DNA of 64,000 bases from an uncultured Alphaproteobacteria bacterium (GTDB lineage: Bacteria > Pseudomonadota > Alphaproteobacteria > HIMB59 > GCA-002718135). Location: positions 7,928 to 71,927 of the forward strand of contig CACMJS010000003.1 in assembly GCA_902614085.1 (NCBI GenBank), written 5' to 3'. A program made the translations under genes and the position numbers. Shown here in pieces: positions 10,745 to 19,477 of the stretch (positions within the stretch are counted from its first letter, which is position 1; every line of letters begins with the position of its first letter). The notes beneath the pieces were generated by a model, which ran no database searches, had not been told where the DNA came from, and saw only the letters and a program-made list of their open reading frames with translations.

Positions 10745-11243
10745 AGATATTAATAATTATAACTCTGAAAAATTTATTGATTCTTTTGAAAATATTTTTG
10801 AAGAATCTAAATTTATAACAGAATATGCTGATAAAAAGCGACCATTTAAAAATAAAAAAGAAATGATATTAATATTTTTAGAGTTGTTTGATAATTTAGA
10901 TGCAGAAACTAAAATAAATATAATTAAAAAACATCCTGATCTAGCTGATAAAATAAAAATAAATAAAGGTTTGTCTGAATTATCTGATGAAGAACAAAGT
11001 AGATCTGGTTTAAAAGATTGTTCAGAACAAGAATTTAACTTATTTAAACATTTAAATTCAAGATTTAAAAATAAATTTAATATTCCATTTATTTTTGCAG
11101 TTAGAAATAAAAATAAAAATGAAATTATAACAGAGTTTAAAAGTAGATTAGAGAATAATGATTTAAACTTAGAAATAAAAACTTCAATTTCACAAGTAAA
11201 AGAAATTGCAAAATTAAGATTAACAGAATTAATTAATGAATAA
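10734..11243 (+). CDS. uraD: OHCU decarboxylase
   Basis: ENIFEES, HPDLA, SDEEQSRSGL, KFNIPFIFAVR. Likely start is ATG 10734 (the track extends the ORF to 10659). Confidence 0.9.
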   Translation: MKIEDINNYNSEKFIDSFENIFEESKFITEYADKKRPFKNKKEMILIFLELFDNLDAETKINIIKKHPDLADKIKINKGLSELSDEEQSRSGLKDCSEQEFNLFKHLNSRFKNKFNIPFIFAVRNKNKNEIITEFKSRLENNDLNLEIKTSISQVKEIAKLRLTELINE

Positions 11244-12213
11244 AAAATACATTCAAAAAAATTATATAAACTTATGTAGTAAGGTTTTAGGTTCAAAAAT
11301 TCATAGATTTTCTGATCAGTTTTTTGGATCAGCATCCAGATTGCTTAAAGAGGAAAAGCCAATTTTTAAAGAAGGAGTATACGATAAAAATGGGAAATGG
11401 ATGGATGGATGGGAAACAAGAAGAAAAAGAATTGAAGGAAATGATTATGTTACTATTAAATTAGGCCTTCCTGGTAAAATTAATTTTGCTGAAATAGACA
11501 CAAGTTATTTTAATGGCAATCAACCTGAATACGCAAGCATTGATGCTTGTTATTTTGAAAAAAATAAATTTAATTGGGTAAATATTTTATCAAAAAGGAA
11601 ACTTAATCCAAATTATGTTCATGGTTTTAAAACTCAACAGAATAATAAAGTTTTTAACTTCATAAGATTGAACATCTATCCAGATGGAGGAGTTGCAAGA
11701 TTAAAATTATTAGGAAATTTAGATGTATCAAAATTAAAATTTCCAAATAAAAAATTTGATTTACTGAGCATCCTTAATGGTTCAAAAATTGTGGCATGTA
11801 GTGATGAACATTTTGGACGGGCAGAAAATTTATTACTTCCATTTAAATCTAAAAATATGGGTAATGGCTGGGAAACTAAAAGAAGAAGAGGATCAGGATA
11901 TGACTGGGTTATAATTAAACTTGGCAAACCTGGTTTAATTGAAAAGTTTAATATTGAAACTCATTATTTTAAAGGTAATTATCCATCTCATTGCTCAGTA
12001 CAAGGTATTTATTCAATAAAAAATATAAATATAAGCAAATTAATAAGTGAAAGCAAAAATTGGAAATTTTTGATAAAAAATAAAAATCTTAAACCTAATT
12101 CATCATTAAAAATTAATTCAACTAAACAGATTAAAAAAATAAATTATTTGAAGTTAAATATTTATCCTGACGGTGGTATTTCACGGATCAGGGCAATTGG
12201 AAAGTTTTTGTGA
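11236..12213 (+). CDS. alc: Allantoicase
   Basis: Two repeated domains, each with D/NGWETxRxR and NIYPDGG; DTSYFNGN / ETHYFKGN. Confidence 0.95.
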   Translation: MNKKYIQKNYINLCSKVLGSKIHRFSDQFFGSASRLLKEEKPIFKEGVYDKNGKWMDGWETRRKRIEGNDYVTIKLGLPGKINFAEIDTSYFNGNQPEYASIDACYFEKNKFNWVNILSKRKLNPNYVHGFKTQQNNKVFNFIRLNIYPDGGVARLKLLGNLDVSKLKFPNKKFDLLSILNGSKIVACSDEHFGRAENLLLPFKSKNMGNGWETKRRRGSGYDWVIIKLGKPGLIEKFNIETHYFKGNYPSHCSVQGIYSIKNINISKLISESKNWKFLIKNKNLKPNSSLKINSTKQIKKINYLKLNIYPDGGISRIRAIGKFL

Positions 12214-12704
12214 TATATAAAATAAAGAATATTAGTAAAGAGAATTTCAAAAATTACGGTGATTTAATTACAACATCTAATAAAAATTATGAAAGTATTA
12301 ATAAAGATACAACCGAAAGTTTTTTTGATTTAGCAAATATTCAAATAATTGGTGATGACAAAAGATCTAGATTAAATATTTTTCAGGCAAAGAAAAGAAA
12401 CTTTCCATTAAAAATTAACATGTTAGAAAATCATCCTTTTAGTTCTCAAGTATTTCTTCCTTTTAATGCTACAGGTTTTTTAGTTTTAGTTGCTCCAATA
12501 GGTAACAAACCTAAAATTGATTTAATTGAAATATTCAAAGTAAGCGGTGGTGATGGTATAAATTTTAATCCCAAAGTATGGCATTTTCCTCTAATATCTC
12601 TTGAGAATGAAAAATATATTACCATTGATAAAAAAGATGCGGATAATAATATTGAGATTTATAATTTTGAACAATCAGAAATATTTGAATTAAATTATGA
12701 GTGA
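12210..12704 (+). CDS. allA: Ureidoglycolate lyase
   Basis: YGDLI, MLENHPFSSQVFLP, GINFNPKVWHFPL. Confidence 0.9.
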   Translation: MIYKIKNISKENFKNYGDLITTSNKNYESINKDTTESFFDLANIQIIGDDKRSRLNIFQAKKRNFPLKINMLENHPFSSQVFLPFNATGFLVLVAPIGNKPKIDLIEIFKVSGGDGINFNPKVWHFPLISLENEKYITIDKKDADNNIEIYNFEQSEIFELNYE

Positions 12705-14202
12705 TACAATATTAAATATAGAAAATATTACAAAATCTTTTCCAAGAGTAATTGCAAATAAAAAGGTTACTTTTGATATTAAAAAAAATGCAGTTCATGC
12801 AATTTTAGGAGAAAATGGAGCAGGGAAATCAACGTTGGTAAAAATTCTATATGGTCTCTTAGAACCAGATGAAGGAAATATTATATTAAATAATAAGGAT
12901 TTTAAAGTTAATTCCCCAGCAGAAGCAAGGAAACAAGGAATAGGAATGGTATTTCAGCATTTTTCTTTATTTGATTCTTTATCAGTAAAAGAAAATTTAA
13001 TTTTAGGAATTGATGAAAAGATGTCTTATTCAGATTTAGAAAATAAGCTAGAAAACATAAGCTCAAGATATAATCTTCCCTTAGATTTAGATGCTCCAAT
13101 TACTGCTTTATCAGCTGGAGAAAAGCAGCGTGTAGAAATTGTAAGAATTTTATTACAAGACCCTCAGATACTTATTATGGATGAGCCAACTTCAGTCTTA
13201 ACACCACAAGAAGTTGAAAGTTTATTTGTAACATTAAATGCACTTGTCAAAGAAGGTCGTACAATATTATATATCACTCATAAACTCGAAGAAGTAATAT
13301 CAATATGTGATACAGTTACTATAATGAGAAGTGGTGAAATTATAGATACTTCAAGTACTGCAAATCAAACTGCAAAAACACTTGCAACAAAAATGCTAGG
13401 ACAAAAATTAGATGACTTAAAAACTAATTATGGACATATAAAAGACGAAGTTAACTTTGAAGTAAAAAATATTTCATGTGACTTTAATGATCCATTTTTA
13501 ACAGATCTTAAAAATATTTCTTTTCAAGTTAGAGTGGGTGAAATTTATGGCATTGCTGGAGTTGCTGGTAATGGACAATCAGAATTAATGGATATTTTAA
13601 CAGGAGAAAATATAAATATTAAATCTGGATCAATTACTTTTGATAATAAAAAAATTGAAAAGTATGGGCCACAAAAAAGAAGAGATTTATCTATTTCTTT
13701 TGTTCCGGAGAATAGATTGGGTCATAGTGCGGTACCTGAGTTAAGTTTGTCTGAAAATATTCTTTTGAGTCAATTTCCAAAAAATAATTTTATTAGAAAT
13801 GGCATAATATTAAAAAATAACGTTGATGATTTTGCGAATAATGTAATTAATGAATTTAAAGTTATTACTCCTGGTAATGATGCTAAAGCATCAAGCTTGT
13901 CCGGAGGAAATTTACAAAAATATGTCATTGGTAGAGAAATATCATCTAAGCCAAAAATATTAATTATTTCACATCCAACTTGGGGGATAGATGCTGGTGC
14001 TGAGCATTCTATAAGAGAGTCTTTGATAGAATTATCTCAAAATGGAACTTCTATAATTGTTATTTCTCAAGATCTAGATGAATTGATTGAAATTACTCAT
14101 AAAATATCTGTTATTTATGATGGTAATTTATCCAAACCTTTTAAAACTAGTGAAATAGAAATAGAAAAATTAGGATTATTGATGGGTGGAAAAAATGAAT
14201 AG
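12697..14202 (+). CDS. ABC transporter ATP-binding protein, double-domain CUT2 (nucleoside/purine) type
   Basis: Walker A GENGAGKS, LSAGEKQ, MDEPTSVLTP, second half GVAGNGQSEL and LSGGNLQK. Confidence 0.93.
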   Translation: MSDTILNIENITKSFPRVIANKKVTFDIKKNAVHAILGENGAGKSTLVKILYGLLEPDEGNIILNNKDFKVNSPAEARKQGIGMVFQHFSLFDSLSVKENLILGIDEKMSYSDLENKLENISSRYNLPLDLDAPITALSAGEKQRVEIVRILLQDPQILIMDEPTSVLTPQEVESLFVTLNALVKEGRTILYITHKLEEVISICDTVTIMRSGEIIDTSSTANQTAKTLATKMLGQKLDDLKTNYGHIKDEVNFEVKNISCDFNDPFLTDLKNISFQVRVGEIYGIAGVAGNGQSELMDILTGENINIKSGSITFDNKKIEKYGPQKRRDLSISFVPENRLGHSAVPELSLSENILLSQFPKNNFIRNGIILKNNVDDFANNVINEFKVITPGNDAKASSLSGGNLQKYVIGREISSKPKILIISHPTWGIDAGAEHSIRESLIELSQNGTSIIVISQDLDELIEITHKISVIYDGNLSKPFKTSEIEIEKLGLLMGGKNE

Positions 14203-15268
14203 TTTATTTCCATCTATAGTTTCTCGCTCACAGAGTTCGGGTTTAATGAATTTTTTTGTTCCTATAATATCAATAGTTTTAACTTTAATTACAGGTTCAA
14301 TTATTTTTGTTCTTCTTGGTTTTGATCCAGTTTATGCATTGTATACATTTTTTATTTCACCCATTTCTTCAACCTACGGTATTTCTGAATTGTTTGTAAA
14401 AGCAACACCTTTAGCCTTAATTGCAATTGGTCTCTCATATTGTTTTAAGAATAATATTTATAATATTGGAGCCGAAGGACAACTTACCATGGGTGCAATT
14501 TTTGGTGGAGGTATTGGAATATTATTTCATGATACAAATGCTTTCTGGTTGTTGCCATTAATGATTTTCGCAGGAGCAATCGGAGGAGCATTGTGGGGTT
14601 TAATACCTGCTATTTTAAAAACAAAATTTAATACAAATGAAATTTTAACAAGTTTAATGTTAGTTTATGTTGCTTTATTTATTTTAGATTATTTAGTAGT
14701 TGGACCTTGGAAAGATCCATTTGGTTATAGTTTTCCTAAATCAAGACCATTTAGTGAATCTGGAAGAATGCCTCTATTATTTGATGGTTTGAGGGTGCAC
14801 TTTGGATTAATTATAACGCTATTTTTAATTTTTATATCTTGGTTTATATTTGCAAAAACTATTTTTGGCTTTCAATTAAAAGTATCCGGTTACAGCCCCA
14901 AAGCTGCTAGATATGCTGGTTTTAATCAAACAACTTTAGTTTTTTTTGCTTTTGCAATTTGTGGTGCTTTTGCAGGTATTGCAGGTTTAGCTGAAGTATC
15001 TGGCCCAATTGGATTATTATATAGAGATATTTCTCCAAATTATGGATTTACTGCAATTATTGTTGCTTTTTTAGGTAGACTTCACCCAATTGGTATTATT
15101 TTTGCTTCTTTAGTTATAGCTCTTACTTATCTTGGCGCTGAAGATGCACAATTGTTTTTACAAATACCTTCAGCGGTAGGTTTTATATTTCAGGGTTTGG
15201 TTTTATTTTATTTATTAGGTGCGGAATTACTAATTAACTATAAATTAACTTACAAAAAATTATTATGA
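14186..15268 (+). CDS. Nucleoside/purine ABC transporter permease 1
   Basis: NIGAEGQL, NEILTSLML, GFTAIIVAFLGRLHP. Start may be ATG 14195. Confidence 0.92.
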   Translation: MEKMNSLFPSIVSRSQSSGLMNFFVPIISIVLTLITGSIIFVLLGFDPVYALYTFFISPISSTYGISELFVKATPLALIAIGLSYCFKNNIYNIGAEGQLTMGAIFGGGIGILFHDTNAFWLLPLMIFAGAIGGALWGLIPAILKTKFNTNEILTSLMLVYVALFILDYLVVGPWKDPFGYSFPKSRPFSESGRMPLLFDGLRVHFGLIITLFLIFISWFIFAKTIFGFQLKVSGYSPKAARYAGFNQTTLVFFAFAICGAFAGIAGLAEVSGPIGLLYRDISPNYGFTAIIVAFLGRLHPIGIIFASLVIALTYLGAEDAQLFLQIPSAVGFIFQGLVLFYLLGAELLINYKLTYKKLL

Positions 15269-16134
15269 ATTTAGATTTAATACTTGGAATATTACAAATT
15301 GTTTTAATTGCAACAACACCTCTAGTTTTTGCTGGTATAGGTGAATTAGTTACAGAAAAATCTGGAGTATTAAATTTAGGTGTAGAAGGAATGATGTTGG
15401 TAGGAGCAGTGTCAGCTTTTATTATCTTAGTAATTACCGGAAGTTATTTTTTAGCTTTTTTTCTATCTATATTATCTGGAATTATTATGTCTGGTTTATT
15501 TGCTTTTCTAGTTCTATTTTTAATGTCAAATCAAATTGCTACAGGATTAGCATTAACTATTTTTGGAATAGGACTTAGTTCAATGCTTGGCAAACAATAT
15601 ATTGGAACACCAATTGATGGTCTTTCACCATGGTTTTTTGTTATATTTTCTTTCTTAATTGTTTTTTTGGTTAGTTACTTTTTTTACAAAACTAAAGCTG
15701 GTTTGATTTTAAGAGCAGTAGGGGAATCTCATAATTCTGCACATGCATTAGGATATAGCGTTATTAAAATTAGATTTTTATCAATTATATTTGGAGGTTC
15801 TATGTGTGCTCTTGCAGGATCATATATTTCAATTTGTTATGCTCCAATGTGGCAAGAGGGTATGACAGCTGGACGAGGATGGATAGCATTAGCTTTAGTT
15901 GTATTTGCAACCTGGAAACCAGAAAGAGTACTTATTGGAGCTTATATATTTGGAGGTGTAACTATTCTTCAAATGAATCTTCAGGCTTTAGGTTTAAGAT
16001 TCCCTGGTCAATTTTTTAGCATGGCGCCATATGTTGCAACTATTATAGTATTAGTGTTAATTTCTAGTAATAAATTAAGGATAAAACTTAGCGCACCAGC
16101 TTCGTTAACTATTCCTTTTTATAAAGGTAGATAA
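15265..16134 (+). CDS. Nucleoside/purine ABC transporter permease 2
   Basis: EKSGVLNLGVEGMML, LRAVGE, AGRGWIALALVVFATWKP, APYVAT. Confidence 0.92.
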   Translation: MNLDLILGILQIVLIATTPLVFAGIGELVTEKSGVLNLGVEGMMLVGAVSAFIILVITGSYFLAFFLSILSGIIMSGLFAFLVLFLMSNQIATGLALTIFGIGLSSMLGKQYIGTPIDGLSPWFFVIFSFLIVFLVSYFFYKTKAGLILRAVGESHNSAHALGYSVIKIRFLSIIFGGSMCALAGSYISICYAPMWQEGMTAGRGWIALALVVFATWKPERVLIGAYIFGGVTILQMNLQALGLRFPGQFFSMAPYVATIIVLVLISSNKLRIKLSAPASLTIPFYKGR

Positions 16135-16227
16135 ATATCCACTTTTTTTTTTCTATAATCATATAGAATTATTGATCAAACCCTTTTGTATATATTAAGT
16201 ATATAGCTGAGTAATCGTTATATTAGC

Positions 16228-16236
16228 AGGTGAGGT
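16228..16236 (+). promoter_or_regulatory. Strong Shine-Dalgarno sequence (AGGTGAGGT) of the substrate-binding protein gene
   Basis: Ends 4 nt upstream of ATG 16241; one of few clear SD sites in the window. Confidence 0.65.
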
Positions 16237-16240
16237 TAAA

Positions 16241-17308
16241 ATGATTAGAATAATAACTTTTTTATCTACTTTTTTGGTATTTGCATTTGGTTCAGCATAT
16301 GCAGACCCTAAAAAAGTTGGATTTATATACATAGGTCCTCCAGGTGATCATGGTTGGACATATATGCATGATGTAGGTAGAAAATATATGGAGAGCCAAC
16401 TTGGTGACTCTATTACTACTACTTATCTTGAAAATATTCCTGAAAACGCAGATGCAGTGAGAGCAATCCGAAAACTAGCAGACTCAGGACATGATTTAAT
16501 ATTTACAACTTCTTTCAACTATATGGATCAGACACATGAAGTAGCTAAGGATTTTCCTGATATAAAATTTGAACACGCTACTGGGTATATCCAAGCAGAT
16601 AACGTTGCAACGTATTCAGCTAGATTTTACGAAGGCAGAATGATTGAAGGGCATATTGCCGGTCATATGACTGAAACTAATACTATTGGTTATATAGCTT
16701 CATTCCCTATCCCTGAAGTTGTAAGAGGAATTAATGCATTTTATTTAGCGGCTTCAAAAGTAAATCCAGATATCAAAATGAAAATTATTTGGGTATTTAC
16801 TTGGTACGACCCAGGTAAAGAAGCTGATGCAGCTAATACATTAATTAATCAAGGAGCTGACATAATTGTTCAGCATACTGATACATATGCTCCTTGCCAA
16901 GCTGCTCAAAAAGCGGGTGTTTATGCATTTGGTCAAGCTTCAAACCAAGAAGAATTTTGTCCTGATGCACATTTAACTTCAATTGAAGATATTTGGGGCC
17001 CTTACTATGCTGAAAGAGCAAAAGCTGTTGTGGACGGCACTTGGTCTTCTGGTGATACTTGGGATGGTATGGATAAAGGTATGGTTGTAATGTCACCATA
17101 TAATACTAAACTTATGCCAGCAAGTTTAATTCAAGAAGCAGTAAATATGGAAGTTGGAATTAAAGATGGAACTATTCATCCTTTCACGGGTCCAATTTAC
17201 AATCAAGCTGGTGAGCTTGTGGTTCCTGAAGGTGAAGTAGCGCCTGATGGAATGTTACTTGGAATGAACTTTTATGTTCAAGGTATTGACGGCGAAGTAC
17301 CACAATAA
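16241..17308 (+). CDS. BMP family ABC transporter substrate-binding protein (purine/nucleoside)
   Basis: Signal peptide, VGFIYIGPPGDHGWT, IGYIASFPIPEVVRGINAF, WYDPGKE, ADIIVQHTD. Confidence 0.93.
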   Translation: MIRIITFLSTFLVFAFGSAYADPKKVGFIYIGPPGDHGWTYMHDVGRKYMESQLGDSITTTYLENIPENADAVRAIRKLADSGHDLIFTTSFNYMDQTHEVAKDFPDIKFEHATGYIQADNVATYSARFYEGRMIEGHIAGHMTETNTIGYIASFPIPEVVRGINAFYLAASKVNPDIKMKIIWVFTWYDPGKEADAANTLINQGADIIVQHTDTYAPCQAAQKAGVYAFGQASNQEEFCPDAHLTSIEDIWGPYYAERAKAVVDGTWSSGDTWDGMDKGMVVMSPYNTKLMPASLIQEAVNMEVGIKDGTIHPFTGPIYNQAGELVVPEGEVAPDGMLLGMNFYVQGIDGEVPQ

Positions 17309-17321
17309 TTAAAATTGTTAT

Positions 17322-17352
17322 AACCCTCTCTCTTTTAAAGGGAGAGGTTTAA
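17322..17352 (+). terminator. Hairpin (CCTCTCTCT / AGGGAGAGG) followed by T-rich tract; intrinsic terminator or 3' stabilising stem
   Basis: About 9-bp stem with one G-U pair, 14 nt after the BMP stop codon. Confidence 0.7.
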
Positions 17353-17375
17353 TTCTTAATTTCAAAGGAAGATTT

Positions 17376-17879
17376 ATGTCTGATTTACACATTAGTTGGG
17401 AAGAATATAGAAGTAAAACAGAAGATTTAGCAAAACAAATTCATAAGGATGGATGGCAATTTAATCAGGTTGTATGCATCGCAAAAGGAGGTATGAGAGT
17501 AGGTGATGTAATGGCAAGAATATTCGATGTTCCTTTAGCAATTCTTTCTGTCGAATCATATAAAGGTGAGGGAGTAAAAAATAAAAGAGGTGCAATCACA
17601 TTTTCAAGAGATTTAGCAAAAACAAGCCCTAACATTGGATCAAAAGTTTTAATAGTAGATGATTTGGCAGACTCAGGAATTACTCTTAAAAAAAGTATTG
17701 ATTGGTTAAATCATACTTATGGTTTTTATATAGATGAACCAATAAGAACTGGAGTTTTGTTTTATAAGTCAGTATCTTCGTTTAAACCAAATTATTATGT
17801 TGATTATTTGGAAGATTCTCCTTGGATACATATGCCTTATGAGGTTTATGAAACTATGAAACCAGAAGAACTTGGTTAA
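17376..17879 (+). CDS. gpt: Purine (xanthine/guanine) phosphoribosyltransferase
   Basis: WEEY, CIAKGG, PRPP loop LIVDDLADSGITL, WIHMPYE; follows the purine importer. Confidence 0.75.
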   Translation: MSDLHISWEEYRSKTEDLAKQIHKDGWQFNQVVCIAKGGMRVGDVMARIFDVPLAILSVESYKGEGVKNKRGAITFSRDLAKTSPNIGSKVLIVDDLADSGITLKKSIDWLNHTYGFYIDEPIRTGVLFYKSVSSFKPNYYVDYLEDSPWIHMPYEVYETMKPEELG

Positions 17880-18553
17880 AAAATTGAAGTAATTTCCTTA
17901 AACTTTTTCTTTTGCTTTGCAAACTTTGGAACTTTTACATTTTTATCTGGTCGTCCAACAATAAGTAAAACAAATGGTTTTTCATTACTAGGTCTTTTCA
18001 AAATTTTATTAAGAAATGTCATTGGGCTTGGCGTGTGTGTTAACATTGCTAAGCCAGAAAAATGTAAACAAGTAATTAATATACCAGTAGCTATACCAAC
18101 AGACTCTTTTACATAATAATTTTTTATTTTCTTATTTTTTGAAACTGAAAATTTTTTCTCAAATATAGCTATTAAATAAGGTGCATTTTCAATAAATTTT
18201 TTATTTTCATCAGTTCCTAAAGGAGTTAATGCATCTAACCATTCTTTAGGAGCTTTGTACTTATAAAAATTTTCTTCTTCTTTTTCTGCTTCTATTCTAA
18301 TCTTCTTTTTTACGTTTTTATTTTTTATTACTACAAAATGCCAAGGTTGAAGATTTGCTCCACTTGGAGCTGATCCTGCAGATAAGATCGCATTTTTTAT
18401 AATATTTATATCGATTTTATCTTTTGAAAATTCACGTATGCTTCTTCTTTCTTTAATTTTATTATAAAATTTTTTTGAATTAATCTTCATTTCTTTGATA
18501 GTTTGATTTGAAAATTTTAAATCTTCAGCTATGTATTTTTTAACTTTATGCAT
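17876..18553 (-). CDS. Iodotyrosine deiodinase-like nitroreductase (IYD family)
   Basis: RRSIREFS, SAPSGANLQPWHFVV, lid EEENFY...K, YYVKESVGIATG, LTHTPSPM. Confidence 0.88.
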   Translation of the reverse strand: MHKVKKYIAEDLKFSNQTIKEMKINSKKFYNKIKERRSIREFSKDKIDINIIKNAILSAGSAPSGANLQPWHFVVIKNKNVKKKIRIEAEKEEENFYKYKAPKEWLDALTPLGTDENKKFIENAPYLIAIFEKKFSVSKNKKIKNYYVKESVGIATGILITCLHFSGLAMLTHTPSPMTFLNKILKRPSNEKPFVLLIVGRPDKNVKVPKFAKQKKKFKEITSIF

Positions 18554-18736
18554 TGGTTAGTTATTATTATTGGGATACTATTAATTTCTCTATCAATTAG
18601 TAACCCTCTATACAAACTAATTATAAAAAAACGAATAAGATTTAATCTTTTTGTTGAAATCCTGTTCAGGATAATAATGTTCTTAGTTAGTGTAATTATT
18701 ATTTTTCTAGGTTTGTACTTAGAGAGTATTTCTTAA
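18548..18736 (+). CDS. Small hypothetical membrane protein (62 aa, 2 TM)
   Basis: Two hydrophobic helices separated by a basic loop; fills the space between the IYD and rhodanese genes. Confidence 0.6.
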   Translation: MHWLVIIIGILLISLSISNPLYKLIIKKRIRFNLFVEILFRIIMFLVSVIIIFLGLYLESIS

Positions 18737-19065
18737 TATCTTCTTATATTTCTGTCAATTAAAGCAGCCCATGCATCTATTCCGCCAAGTACATTAACAC
18801 AATGATTATAACCTTGTGCTTTAAGCCATTTACATACAGCTTGGCTTCTTGTACCGGTATGACACATTACAAAAATATTTTTTTTCTTATCTAATTCGGT
18901 GTATCTTTTAGCAATCTCTGAAAGTTTCATGTGTATTGTACCTTTAATATGGGCATGATCTCTCTCAGTATCTTCTCTTACATCTATAATTTGAATTTTT
19001 TTGTCATCTTGCTTGAGCTCATTTAATTGATGAACTGTAATTTCACTGCTACTGTAAAGATCCAT
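18733..19065 (-). CDS. Single-domain rhodanese (sulfurtransferase)
   Basis: IIDVRE, HIKG, active loop CHTGTRS, NVLGGIDAW. Confidence 0.9.
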   Translation of the reverse strand: MDLYSSSEITVHQLNELKQDDKKIQIIDVREDTERDHAHIKGTIHMKLSEIAKRYTELDKKKNIFVMCHTGTRSQAVCKWLKAQGYNHCVNVLGGIDAWAALIDRNIRRY

Positions 19066-19111
19066 TTGATTATCTTATTATAAATACTACTAGATTTCTA
19101 CTATTTTAAAT

Positions 19112-19136
19112 AAATTTAATTTTATAAATTAAATTT
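19112..19136. repeat. Inverted repeat AAATTTAATTT-TAT-AAATTAAATTT in a divergent intergenic region
   Basis: Perfect 11-bp arms with a 3-nt spacer, but A/T only. Confidence 0.4.
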
Positions 19137-19174
19137 GTTATTTCTAAGTTTTTCATGTATGAGCGCATATCATT

Positions 19175-19474
19175 ATGACTAAGAAAATAACTTTTTCAGC
19201 TTTTGGTAGAGATTCATATTATCACAGAGATTGGTTCAAAAAAAATGGTTTCAAATTCGATAGAAGTTCTAGAAAATGGACTGTAGAAAATTTACCAATA
19301 GATAATGCAGAAGAATTTGCCAGTTATTGTAGAAAATACGGTTTAACATTTGAGCGATCTGATAGAATGATTACAGAATTTGATTACGCAGATTATCTCT
19401 GGGATGGAAGAAGAGATGAATTTATGAAACCTTCTGAAAATATTGAAATTCCACAACCAAAAAATAAAATCTAA
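19175..19474 (+). CDS. Hypothetical soluble protein (99 aa)
   Basis: Balanced composition and less AT-biased codons argue for a real gene; aromatic-rich, with a GFKFDxxxRKW segment. Confidence 0.8.
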   Translation: MTKKITFSAFGRDSYYHRDWFKKNGFKFDRSSRKWTVENLPIDNAEEFASYCRKYGLTFERSDRMITEFDYADYLWDGRRDEFMKPSENIEIPQPKNKI

Positions 19475-19477
19475 TTT

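Noticed and set aside
10757-11335. 192-aa minus-strand ORF antisense to uraD/alc
   Set aside because: Shadow of well-supported plus-strand genes; F/L/I/S-rich composition typical of reverse-complemented AT-rich coding DNA; no motifs.
16135-16240. Possible purine riboswitch upstream of the BMP gene
   Set aside because: The conserved purine-riboswitch core and three-stem junction cannot be built; only a short AT-rich hairpin is present.
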